Part shown: positions 35,200-48,075 of the stretch, one piece after another | Layout: each line of letters opens with the position of its first letter | Position numbering within the stretch: position 1 is the first letter of the stretch | Assembly: GCA_013239625.1 (NCBI GenBank) | Contig: MU053933.1 | Span: forward strand, 3,091,817-3,155,816 | Direction: 5' to 3' | From: Lama guanicoe | Lineage: Eukaryota | DNA: 64,000 nt | The notes under the pieces: model-generated | The model's database searches: none | Seen by the model: the letters and a program-made list of their open reading frames with translations, nothing else | What the model was told of the DNA's origin: nothing | Translations under genes and position numbers: made by a program

Positions 35200-37560
35200 G
35201 GGCGCAGACCATAGGTTTCTTTCGTCTCTTCCGTCCGCACTTTGTGGTTCTCAGCACGGAGGCCCTGCACGTTCTGTTAGGTTTGCGCCCACGGCTTTCC
35301 TGTCGGCGGCGCGGAGGCTGCTTTTGTCTTCTCCCTCCTGCTCTGGCACCCCTCCGCTCCCTCCCCTCTGCTCCCTCCCCGCCGCTCCGCAGGGGGCTCC
35401 AGGCCCGCGCTGAGTAGTGGCAGTGGGGGTGACCCCCCTCCCCGCCTGCTCCTGCCTCCTGAGGGGAGGGGCTCGAGCTGCGCGGAGGGCCGATGGGGGT
35501 CTTTCCGTGGCTGCCCCTTACCAGGCTTAGGACATCCTCTTCTGTCCCTGGGTTTCTCCTGAGAGCTTTCCCCTGAGCGGGTGTTGGGTTTTGTCGGGTG
35601 CCTCTCTGTGCGTCGGTGTGACCGTGCGATGTTTGCTCTTCAGTCTGTGGAAGGGACTGATTACATGCGATGATTTTTGACTACCAGCCCTGCATCACTG
35701 GGAGAGTGGACAGTGTATAATTCTTACCATATAGCAAAGGATTCGATTTGCTAATGTTTTTAAAGGGTTTTTGCACCAATATTCTTGAGGGCAGTTTTTT
35801 GTACTCTTCTGTACCATCTTTTGTACTGATTTTTGTTTCAAGCGAATACTAGTTTCATAAAATGAATTGGAAACTGTTTCTCTTACTTACAGTTTTTGGA
35901 GGAGATTAGAACTGGTATTAATTCTTCTTAAAACTGTTGGTAGACTTCTCCAGCCGAAACCATCTGAGTCTGGGGGAAGCCATTCTTTTGGGGGAATTTT
36001 AAAATTATGAATTCAGTTTCCTTAGCAGCTCTGAAGGGCTGTTGGAATCACCTGCTTCACATTGGGTAGGTTGTGGTGCTTTGTCTTTTCAAGGAGCAGG
36101 TCCGTCTGTGGGAGTCGGTGCGTTTGTGCAGAGCTGTGCTCAGCGTCTCCTTCTCGCCGCTTGGCGGACACAGCGGTTAGCGGTGCTGCCGTTTCGTTCC
36201 TTCTGTTGCTGTTTGGTCTTCTTCTCTCTTTGTCAGTCCTGCAAGGGGTTTGTCAGCTTCATTGATCTTTTCAAAGAATCAGCTCTTTATTCCATTGATT
36301 TTTCTCTAGTTTTTCTATTTCCAATTTTAATTATGTTTTTATTTCCTTCCTTCTGTTTGCTTGGATTTATTTTGTTCCTCTTTTTCCAGATTCTCTTTCT
36401 CCTTCCTAATATATGTATTTTGTGCTACAAACGTCCCTCTACGCACTGCGTTAGTGGTGTCCCAAATTTTTGATACGTTGTATTTTTATTTTTGTTCAGG
36501 TAATGTATTTTTTATGACCCTTGAGATTTCGTCTTTGACCAGAGGATTGTTTAAATGGGTGTTTTAGTTTCCAAGTGCTTGGAGATTTTTCTGTCATTTC
36601 TGTTATTATTTCCAGTTTGGTTCATTAGTGGTCAGAGAACACGTGTGATTTCGATTGTGTTAAGTGTGCTGAGGCTTGCTTTATGGCCGAGGATGTGGTC
36701 TGCACTGGGGTCTGTCTCAGGGGTGCTTGAGAGGAAGGGGGCTTCTGCTGACGCCAGAGGTGCTCTGCGTGCTGACGAGGCCCCGGTGACTGACGGGCGG
36801 TGGCTCCTTCTGTGTCCCGCCGGCTTTCTGGCTGTCCGTCCCGTTGCTGAGACGGGCGCTGAAGGCTTCAGCTGAGACTGGATTTGCACACTTCCCCTTT
36901 CAGCCCTGTGCATTTGTGCTTCACCTGTTTTGCTGTCCGGTGTCTGAGTCACACACCCCCAGGCTTGCTCTTGCTTCCTCATGGACTGTCACCATGGTAC
37001 GGTGTCCCTCTCTGCCTTCGCTCACTGTCCCTGCTCTGAAGTCAGCCGCATCTGATGCTAAGGCAGCCGCTCCCGCGCCCTTCCCATCAGTGGTCGCACG
37101 AAACAGCTTTTCCCATGAGTTCATCTTCAGCCTGCTCACATCTTTCTGCTTGAAGTGTTTCCTGTCGACAGCGTATGGTTGAGCCATTTTTCTTAACCCA
37201 CTCTGCCAGTCTCTGTTCTTCAATCGGTGGATTTAGACTGTTTACCTTTAATGTAATTAGTTGAGATGTTAGGACTTAAGCTTGCCGTTTCATCTTTTGT
37301 TTCCTTTTTGTTCGTTTTCGTATTCTTTTTCACTGTAGGTTGCTGCAAGATACTGAATCTAGTTCCCCGGGCTGTACAGTAGGAACTTGTGTCATGTTTT
37401 GTTTTCCGTTTGTTCTCCTTGTGTTTTGTTTCTCTGCTCTTATTTCCTGCCTTCCTGTGTGTTACTCAGCATTTTTTACAATTCCACTGTGATTTATTGA
37501 CAGTGCTTTTGAATATGCTCTTTGTGTAACTTTTCAGTGGCTGCCCAGGTGTCACATCAC
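35200..37560 (-). mobile_element. Old L1 ORF2 fragments, antisense
   Basis: Peptides DHILGHKASLSTLNTIEITR, KNRDWQSGLRK and SRLKMNSWEKLFRAT..KGAGAAALASDAADFRA match the L1 endonuclease domain. Confidence 0.85.
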
Positions 37561-37767
37561 ATGTAACATGATTCGCTGGTGGATGGAGGCGTGGCCTCCA
37601 GGTCCTCACCCATCACCTCCCGGTCTGCCCACCCGCTCACAGCGTCCTCCCAAGTCCTTCGCAACAAACAGGCGGCCCCTGGGTTGTGTGGTTGCATGGA
37701 TCCTACTACTGGCAGCCTCCCAGAATTGCTAACAGGCGGAGAGGGGACGAGTTGGGGTGGGAATAGG

Positions 37768-37850
37768 ACCAGTGGTTCCCAAACATGCTTTGCTCAAGAG
37801 GACTCTGGAAAACCTTAAAATGCAGCTTCTAGGACCACCTCGGTCCTAAA
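37768..37850. mobile_element. Possible MER5-like hAT transposon fragment
   Basis: Starts cagtggttcccaaac, resembling the MER5 terminal inverted repeat, followed by taaaatgcag. Confidence 0.35.
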
Positions 37851-38223
37851 CCAGGCCCTGAGAGGCGGCACACACCACCACAGTGACTTCCGCGCTGAGG
37901 CCTCTATGCTCTGTCTCCGCAGTAAGGCCAGGTGAGCACTGGGCCACCAGGTGAGCCCTGGGCCACCAGTGGGCAGGTCTCCTTTCCCAGACTCGAATCT
38001 CTCCTCTGCACCACCCTCCTGGGGGTTCTGGGAGTTGGGGCAAAGTCCTTCTCGGAGACCCCCAGGAGTGCTCGCAGCCCCTAAGTGTTGCTGCTGGAGG
38101 CCCCTCCTGGCCTGGGACTGACTCCCAGAGGGCTCCCCACGGGCAGGGGGTTCCCACCTGAGCCCTGCTCTGGGGGCCCACCTTCCTCCTGATCCTCACT
38201 CCCGAATCACCATGAGGATTTCT

Positions 38224-38369
38224 TTTTTTGTTTTTTTGCATGAGTCCTTCCTTTTATTTTTAAGTTTTGCTATTTTGAGGGAAGATCATTAGGTTTTTTT
38301 GTTTATTCACTTGTTTATTGGAGATACTGGGTCTTGAACCGAAGCATTCTACCAACTGAGCTACACCCT
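38224..38369 (-). mobile_element. tRNA-derived SINE (camelid-like) with perfect 14-nt TSD
   Basis: TSD ccatgaggatttct at 38210-38223 and 38370-38383, T-rich tail, and ggagatactgggtcttgaacc...ctaccaactgagctacaccc. Confidence 0.85.
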
Positions 38370-38849
38370 CCATGAGGATTTCTCAGCAGGCCGGTGCCTC
38401 CCTCAGGAGGAATGCTGTTCATGTCCCTTTGTAGGCCAGCATGGCGCCTGGAGCTTAGTGACTGCCAAGGAAATGTTTGTTTAGTTAACAAACAAAGCTG
38501 TTAATTACCAGCCATGCAGGAGGCTGCTCATTTCAACCTGCCTCTTGCCTTTGTGTGTTCCCAGGGGAAAGAGCAGGAGGGGCACCCAGCACTGGCTCTG
38601 GCCCTGGGCTGTGACGCCCTGTCTCCTGGGCCACTTGCGCTGGTGTCCCTGGAGGGGGCCATCAGAAGGCACCCGTGGACGCTGACTTCTGACCTCCTCC
38701 GTGACTTCTGAGTGAAATGTAATAAATGTGTTTTATACACGTGATGATTATAAAGTTCGTGTGTCAAATAGCCCTTATTTTGCTTCCTGAATGTACCTTC
38801 CTGGGCTGTTTCATCCCTGGACAGATGGTAAAAATGGAAAAGAGACTGT

Positions 38850-39290
38850 GGAATGGCAGACGTACATCAGCCGCGTCAGCAGCCACTGTCGAGGGCCTGA
38901 ACCCCCTGGTTAAGGGACAGAGGTTGTCAAGTAAGAAAAAAAAAGCAAGGTCCAGCTTTATGTTGCCTGCAAGCAACTCACTTCGAAGACATAACTAAGT
39001 TAAAAATAAAAGGTGAAAGAAGATACACCGTGCCAACACTGGTCAGTAGGAGTCTAACATCACATGAATTAAAAAAGAAGACACGAGAAATTTGGGAGCA
39101 TTTTGGAACGAGCGGGGTGGGGGGCAAACGTAAACATCCGTGGGGTGAGGCTAAAGCCGTGGGAAGAGAGACGTGTGTAAAAGCAAGTGACAGTATCAGA
39201 CAAAAAGTAGCATTTTAAATCCATGCCACCAACTTCTTCTTGAAGACCCTGGAAAAGGGGAGCTGAGCCCTGCCCCGAGTGTCAGGATTT
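38850..39290 (+). mobile_element. L1 endonuclease fragment, sense
   Basis: VEGLNPLVKGQRLS.. and aagttaaaaataaaaggtgaaaagaagatacaccgtgccaac. Confidence 0.7.
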
Positions 39291-42220
39291 GCCAGCAGGC
39301 TGGCAGGTGGGTCAGAGAAGGCTCATTGTGCCCAGGCTCGGGCTGAGCAGGACATGGAGGCGGTGGCCTGGCTCCTGGGAGACGGGTGCGGGGGAGGGCC
39401 GCACGGGTGGCACCGGGGCACCTGTCGGAGGTCAGGGTGCCCCAGGAGTGGGGCGGGCATGGTCTGGCCTCAGGCGTATCTGTGGATAGTGTCAGCTCAA
39501 AGCAGCATTTAAACCACCGACTGGACGGGCGTCCCTGGGCGAGAAGGGGCCCTGCCAGTCTCCTTGAGTGAATTAAAGTACACTGAACCCCAGCACTGAG
39601 GAGGACGGGGGGAGGGGCCTCGCCAGCCACGGAGGTCTGCCGGTTTCTGAAACACCGAGTGTCTGGGGCGTGAGTCACGGAAAGAGGTCTTCCCTGGTGG
39701 ACTGGCCGTCCGACCGGGTTTGGGGTGGCTATGCCCCCAGTAGTGTGTCCCCTGCTTCCTGCCGGGCACCCCAAATGGCCCTCGGGTGGGAGCAAGGCCG
39801 GGCACGCTAGGGGTTGCCTCTGAAGAGAGTGTCCCAGGGCCTGGCAGGGCAGCCTGAGCACCATGGTCCTGGGGAAGCCACCGAGCCGGGGTGATGAGGC
39901 CCGGGTGACCTTCACGCTGCGGGGACTGCTCCTTCCCACCGGTCTACCGCGGGCCGGTTCCGCTGACCCCCAGCCGCCGAGGAGGGCGGGCGCAGCTGCT
40001 CACTGGCCTGTGTGACTGATGGCAGTTGACAGCCCGGAGCCCGAAGCACCCCTGGCACTCGCTGACCCACTTTCTCCACCGTGGGCTGGACGCATTTACA
40101 TAACAGATGGCCACAGGGCCCTACTGTCCCTCTGACACTGGAGGAGAGGTTTTCTGATTAAGAAGGAGGCAGGGCGCCCCAGCCTGGCCACCGCGTGGCC
40201 GGTCTATCTGTGCTGGTAACTCAGCCTTCCCACGCACTCCAAGCCTAGAAGGGCCCTGCCGGCTGCCGCGGGGGCTGCGGGGAGGAGCACTAGCGCCCCC
40301 CTCCTTTCTGGGGTCTTTGTCCGCGACGCCATGCTCACCACCCAGCCTGCGGACCGCGCCGTCCAGCAGAGCCTGCGGGGCCCGAGACCTTCGCTCTGCC
40401 CTTCAGCACTGAACACGCGCTCGTGGAGGTTTTATTTCGAACAGAAAGAATGCAAGGGGCTGGTGGCTGCTGTCCTGGCCCATCAGTGCTCAAGGAGGCA
40501 TTTCTTCAACTCTCTTTGCCGTGAATTACACCTTTAGGCTAAATCCTGGTTGTTCGAAAGTGCTGTTTTACCACGAATAGTTAGAAGGAGTGGTCTGAGT
40601 TTGCTGAAGCTGCCTGTGAAAACGCCAGCGCGAATGGCCAGTCGTCAGTGCCTGGGGAAGCGGCTCCGTGGCCGGGCTCTTGGTTCGGGTCCGCCAGCAT
40701 CCGGGGCTGCTCCATGCAGGGCTCTCCCGACTCGCATCGCCCGGCTGACGGGAAGGTGCTTTGTTTCTGTGTTTGCCTTTTAACATATCTCCAACAGGGA
40801 TATTTTGAAGAGGATAAAAACAAGTTTTTGCCCAAGAAACCTATAAGGTTAAAGGAAAGTCTGCTTCTTTACCCTGTAGTCTCTCCCATGTGGCCTGAGC
40901 CTCCTGTCTCTACAGGTTAAATCAAAGGCCAGGGTCCAGACGCCCCGTGTGCTTGGGGGGTGCCCGGGGGTCCCAGGACTTCTGCTCCTGCAGGGCTCCA
41001 GCAGCCGAGCGGGCGGTGGGCCCTTCAGTCAGCAAGGGGCTAAGTGAGACTGTGTGCAGAGCAGGGCCGGCCCCTGGCTCCACTCCAGGCTTCCAAGGCC
41101 CTGTCCGCCATCGTCCCCACACCTCTGCCCATCTCAGGTGGACACCTGGGCAGGTGCGTGTGTCTCCTCCCACGGCCGCTTCCTGGCCCCTCTTGGACCC
41201 CCTGGGCCCTGGACCTGGGCCGGGCATCCGGAACCGTGCCCCAGCCAGGCCTTCCCTCCCCTCAGTCCCCCAAGCAGCACTTTGCTGCCCTAACTGTGCG
41301 GCCACTCTCAGCCGCAGCTGTCCCTTGGTGAGACTGGCCCCGGGCGGGCAGCTGTGCAGCCCCATCCGTGCATCACGCAGACTCGGGCACGACTCCCCAG
41401 AGAGGCCCCCACCCCCACCTCATGACCCGTCTCCAGGTGCAGCTTTGCCGTCTGCTCACCGAGTCCTCCCTGCCCTCCCTGCTTCGTCTCGTCTTGCGCG
41501 GCCATGCTGCACACCGCCACGGGTGGCTTGTCCCTCGGCCTGGAGCCCGTACGGACTGCTCGGCTCAGTCAGGCCCAGGCCCCGCGTGCACGGCACCCTT
41601 CCTCCGTCGCCTGTGAAGCGGAGCCTAAATTTTGCCTGGTGGGACAAGTGCTGGGCAGGTTGCAGAAGCTACACCATCAACAGGCCGGTGATGGGGCACT
41701 TGAGGGTTCTCCAAACACTTCGTAAAGCTGTCTGGCCATTCAGTGAGCAGAGACAAAGTCCGCTTCAGCAGGGAGGTTGGCTCAGGAATCTGGGCTCCAC
41801 ACACAAAGGGAACTCCAGCGCCTGTAACTTCTTGGCTTTTCAAGGGGTGGGGGGGATCCTTGTGCGGATGTGTTGGGAAATGGGCAGAACGCACGTGATA
41901 GCTGCGCAGACGCTCTCTAGACGCACCGGGGCCCCCAGGCCTGCCAGGTCGCCCCGAGAGAGCTGTTCCGGTTCCCTCGTCACAGAGGTGACGCTGAGGC
42001 CCGAGGGCGTGAGGACCTGCCCAGGCCACGAGGTGGGGCCCAACCGCTCCCTGGCAGGCTTGCCTGGGCTTGCTCCCCTGCTGTGCGCCCAGGGCCCCCA
42101 GGTGCCGCCCCTGCCTTGTGCTGCCTGGGCGCTGGGACGCCTCTGCCCCCCAGACCTCCTCCTGTCAGCAGCGGCAACGCTGACGTGCCGCCGGACCCCT
42201 GACACGTGCCTCTCTTGCAG

Positions 42221-42375
42221 GTGACACTGTCTGGGCCCCATCTGTCCTTCCTCACGGCACCCTCGGCACCTTGAGCCGCCACCCCCAGCTGCATTTTGGA
42301 AGAAAGATGGAGTCCAAGGTCTCAGAAGGTGGCCTGAACGTGACGCTGACCATCCGCCTGCTGATGCACGGAAAG
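42221..42375 (+). CDS. PCBP3: PCBP3 coding exon: N-terminal extension plus start of KH1 (GDTVWAPSVLPHGTLGTLSRHPQLHFGRKMESKVSEGGLNVTLTIRLLMHGK)
   Basis: tctcttgcAG acceptor and AAG|gtacag donor, 155 nt. Contains a second ATG at 42307 (aagATGG). The motif GGLNVTLTIRLLMHGK is diagnostic of the PCBP family. Confidence 0.97.
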
Positions 42376-42984
42376 GTACAGGCCGCGGTGGTGTGGGGGG
42401 CGTGCCCACCGCGGGGCCTGCTTTGTATTAGGTTTTTTAAATTCTAAGCACTCTCAGCTCACAAAGCGGCTGCAGTACCGTCCAGATGACGCTGCTCCAG
42501 AACCTTTCGAGCTCAAGCCAGCCGCCTGCTGCCCCGTCACCTGCTCCCAAGGACGCGGGAGTCTCCTCCAGACCCTGGCCACCCCCTGGTCAGGCTGTGT
42601 TCCGGCTCACAGCCTGGGACCCACTCAGGTCCACGGGTCATCCCAGTGCCACCCTCCAAACAGGACGCTCCCCGGCCTGCCTTTCACTGTCACTGTTGGA
42701 AGATTCCAGCCGGTTCTTTTGTAGAAAGGATGCCCCTCACCCTGGCTCTTCCTGACGTTCCCTCCCGCCGCAGGAGTGTCACAGGAGCTTGCCTGTCAGG
42801 TGGCCCAGATGTCGGGGTGTCACTTGGTTGGGGGCGCCTGCCGGGCGTCCCACCGCTCGTCTTCACAGTCATTAGGGAGTGGCTGCTGGCGGGCACCCAG
42901 GTGTTGCGTGAACGTCCCCTCGCGGTCAGTCCTGACTTCTGGCCGCGGGATTTGCTGCTTGCTGCTCCTATTACTCCCATTGTG

Positions 42985-43653
42985 NNNNNNNNNNNNNNNN
43001 NNNNNNNNNNNNNNNNNNNNNNNNNNNNNNNNNNNNNNNNNNNNNNNNNNNNNNNNNNNNNNNNNNNNNNNNNNNNNNNNNNNNNNNNNNNNNNNNNNNN
43101 NNNNNNNNNNNNNNNNNNNNNNNNNNNNNNNNNNNNNNNNNNNNNNNNNNNNNNNNNNNNNNNNNNNNNNNNNNNNNNNNNNNNNNNNNNNNNNNNNNNN
43201 NNNNNNNNNNNNNNNNNNNNNNNNNNNNNNNNNNNNNNNNNNNNNNNNNNNNNNNNNNNNNNNNNNNNNNNNNNNNNNNNNNNNNNNNNNNNNNNNNNNN
43301 NNNNNNNNNNNNNNNNNNNNNNNNNNNNNNNNNNNNNNNNNNNNNNNNNNNNNNNNNNNNNNNNNNNNNNNNNNNNNNNNNNNNNNNNNNNNNNNNNNNN
43401 NNNNNNNNNNNNNNNNNNNNNNNNNNNNNNNNNNNNNNNNNNNNNNNNNNNNNNNNNNNNNNNNNNNNNNNNNNNNNNNNNNNNNNNNNNNNNNNNNNNN
43501 NNNNNNNNNNNNNNNNNNNNNNNNNNNNNNNNNNNNNNNNNNNNNNNNNNNNNNNNNNNNNNNNNNNNNNNNNNNNNNNNNNNNNNNNNNNNNNNNNNNN
43601 NNNNNNNNNNNNNNNNNNNNNNNNNNNNNNNNNNNNNNNNNNNNNNNNNNNNN
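42985..43653. other. Assembly gap (669 N), intronic
   Basis: Run of N. The flanking coding exons join in frame, so no constitutive exon is needed inside the gap. Confidence 1.
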
Positions 43654-44836
43654 CGTGTCCCTGCACCCGCCCCGTGCCCCTGCACCCCCACTGTTTATTC
43701 TGGTGCCCTTGCTGCCCCTTGGGGGCCGTGGCAGCCCCGCCAGGCTGCCTGTGTGCTTCTGGGGGGACCCGTCCTCCTGACTGCGCTCCCCCGCTCTCTG
43801 GCACAAAATGCTGCTCAGCCCTCGACTTCACTGTCCTGCTGGTCCTGGAGTCAGCCATTTCTCCAGAAAGCTGTGACTCCCTTGAGTGGAGGGTGGTGGG
43901 GTGTGTTAGACGCCCAGGTGGGGGCGCATGGGGTGCTCATTGCCCTCAGGCTACCGCGGGTCCCAGATGGAGCTGGGGAATATGTGTCCTCATATGCATG
44001 TGTGCTTATGTGGAATCACTGATCTGTGTGCACGTGTTTGTGCAGGATTCATTTCGACATTTATCTCTATATTGGGCCCCATGAGTTCACACCCCAGTTC
44101 CAGGGCAGCAGCGCTGGGTCCGTCCTCGGTCCTCTGTCCGCCCCGTGCTTGTGCCGCGAGAAGCCCGGGGCTGGCGGGGGCTCTGGCCTGGTGCGCAGGC
44201 GCCACTCTTCCTGACTGCCGGCGGGGGTGGGGGTGGCCGCCGCCCTGTGCCCAGCTGCCCTCTGCTGCCACCGGCCCTGCTGCGCGCCGTCCCATGGCCT
44301 GGCAGCTGCCATCCCCAGAACGCGCTGTGGGAAGGAAGTTGGGCTTCAGGGTGAAGGGCGCCCTCTGCAGCTGGGAGCGGGCGGCCCTGCGCATCCCCAC
44401 CCCCGCCCCCCAGGGAGCTGCCTGGGCGGGACCGCAGGACGGTCCTGCGTGGGGGCTTTGGAAGCGTGGCGGCGCGTTCCGGACTGTCCTGAACGTTCTA
44501 CGTTTTGTGAAACGTCAAGCAGCAGTGGCGGTGTTGAACTTTTTTACATCACAGAGTCATGGGAGGAGGTCTTATTTTTAACCTGTTTCTTGCAGCATTT
44601 CCCTGAGGCCTTAAGGTGATGCCTGTTGACGTGTTTCTCTGGAAAGCAGCTGGCCACTCCCCTTCCCTTTGTCTGTCTGTCTGTCTGTCAGTCGCTCGGT
44701 CAGAGGCAGGGCTGCTGCCTCGCCCCGTTCTCCCTTCCACACGCACGACTGGGAGGTGGGGGCTCTCATCGCGTCTGTCACAGGTTTTCCTCCTTCTGCT
44801 CTGTGACGTCGTCTTTCTGTGATTCTCTTCCTACAG

Positions 44837-44860
44837 GAAGTTGGAAGCATCATTGGGAAG
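44837..44860 (+). CDS. PCBP3: PCBP3 24-nt exon (EVGSIIGK), KH1
   Basis: ttctcttcctacAG|GAAGTTGGAAGCATCATTGGGAAG|gtaatt, phase 0-0. Confidence 0.96.
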
Positions 44861-45680
44861 GTAATTATTGCGTGAAGTCTGCCCTCGGGGGCTCTGTGGG
44901 GGGCAGTGAGGGCTGCAGTGGCCCTGTGCGCGGGACGTGCAGTGAGGACTCCCCCGGAACCCTTATGTCCTCACCTCAGGCTGCACCACCCGAGGCTGGT
45001 CCTGGGGCCCCCGGCTCAGCGGCTCTGAGGGAGCCGGGGAGCAACCCCCAAGGCCGCCCCGCCCCCCACTGCCCTGGTGGCTGGTCCTTCCTGGGTTTAA
45101 GAGCCCAGTCAGAATTCTCGCTGACATTCTTAGAGCAGTCTTCCACCTGTGGCCAGCGAGTGGTAGAGTCCATTCTAAAACGACAGCAGCGCCCCCGGGC
45201 AGCGCGGGTGGGCTGGAAGCGCTGCGCCTGGGGGGAGGGGGCGAGGCCGCCTGCTGGTGCACCCTCACCACGTCTGGCTCTGCTGGTCCTGAGTGGTCCT
45301 TCAACGCTGGGGGTGTCCCCAGAGCTCAAGTCGGCTCCTCCTCACAAGTGCCTCGAGGGGCTGCCCTGGGAGTCAAGCCCATGGGCCTGGTCCCCACTTT
45401 GCCCGTGGTGAGGACAGGAGGGGAGGGGTGGGGGGAGGAGCAGGTGCCCAGGGCAAGCCTAGAGCCACGTCAGGCCTCTGGGCCGGGCCCACTCACCCTA
45501 CAACTCGAGCCCTGGGCAAGGCTGTTGGGCCCCCTGGTGAGGTTGCGGCCAGGCCTCCAGGCTGCGGGGAGCCATGGCATGTTGGGAACGGAGTCCCGCC
45601 CTCTGAGTGCGCACGAGGCAGTGGGATGTGCTGGGGTGGGAGCCTGCTTGACCTCTGCCTTGTCTGAACCTTTGTTCCAG

Positions 45681-45713
45681 AAAGGTGAGACCGTGAAGAA
45701 GATGCGTGAAGAG
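45681..45713 (+). CDS. PCBP3: PCBP3 33-nt exon (KGETVKKMREE), KH1
   Basis: tttgttccAG acceptor and GAG|gtgagt donor. Completes the GKKG (GXXG) loop. Confidence 0.96.
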
Positions 45714-45857
45714 GTGAGTGGGCATCCCGAATGCGTCTTGTTCTGGGGCTGGCGGGAGAGTCAAGGCCAGGGGCCTCCCGGCGGCTCAGGCCCAGAGCTG
45801 GCAGGCCCGGGTGGCAGGCGAGCTGGGCGTGGCGGGAGGCCTGGCCATTGCTGCTGA

Positions 45858-46307
<450 letters not shown>

Positions 46308-46332
46308 TGACATGCGTGCTCTCTCTCCGTAG

Positions 46333-46743
<411 letters not shown>

Positions 46744-47007
46744 TGACGGGCCTGCTCTGATGATCAGGCCGGTTTCCTGGGGGAGCACCGTGTCGCCCAT
46801 TTGTCTAGTCCAAGGAAAGTCTGGCTCCTTCCCTTTCCCAGAAGAAGGGCGGCTACCCAGTCTTGATTTCTTCAAGGGAAGACAGCCACACAGTTTAGGA
46901 TGCCTGACCAGGGTCCGTCTTTCTCTGACCTAAAGCTCCACAGAGAGATAGAATTCCACGTATTTGAAAAAAGTTCTATCTTCTGCAGATGCCTCTGCGC
47001 AGGTTAA

Positions 47008-47430
<423 letters not shown>

Positions 47431-47746
47431 TGAGTGTTGGAGGCAGCAAAGTCTTCGGCGCTCGGAGGCCCTGAGGATTCCCGTGGTTAGGGCTGTTGGG
47501 GGGACGGGCCTTGACAACGTGCCCAGGTCCCTGACCCAGGCCCAAGGCAAAGCGCATGAGAACTGTCCTGGGTGCGCCCTTGGGGGACAGTTGCTGGCTC
47601 CTGCCTTCTCGGGTGGGTCCGTCGTCTTCACTGGGGATTTGGGGAGAGAAGGGGGTGCACACCTCACCCCTCATTTCTGGAGTTAGATGAATAGTTACTA
47701 GTTCATGATGTGAGGGGCATTCAGCAAAGGATCAGGCCTTAAAAAT

Positions 47747-48075
47747 GGTGCACGTATGCACTGGAGACAGGTGTGTACTAAAAACAGGTGTGTGCTGGAG
47801 TGAGGTGTGCACTGGAGACAGTGTGCACGGAGGCGGGTGTGCACTGAAGGTGGTGTGTGCTGTAGGCAGGTGTACACTGAAGACGGGTGTGCACTGAAGA
47901 TGGGTGTGCACTGAATGCAGGTGTGCACTGCAGACGGCTGTGCGCTGGAGACAGGTGTACATTGGAGGCGGGTGTGCACTGAAGACGGATGTGCACTGAA
48001 GGCGGGTGTGCACTGGAGGCCAGTGTGCACTGAAGGCGAGTGTGCGCTGAAGGCGGGTGTGCACTGGAGGCAGGT
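47747..48075. repeat. Minisatellite, 18-nt unit (GGTGTGCACTGAAGGCGG-like), about 17-18 degenerate copies
   Basis: Directly visible. Produces repetitive minus-strand peptides (SAHPSSVHTRLQCTP). Confidence 0.92.

Noticed and set aside
40947..42224. 425-aa ORF, the longest gap-free ORF in the track
   Set aside because: Pro/Ala/Arg/Gly composition expected from stop-poor GC-rich DNA. No recognisable domain, and it ends at the PCBP3 acceptor in another frame.
42646..44022. Long ORFs of 295-458 aa
   Set aside because: Artefacts of reading through the N gap.
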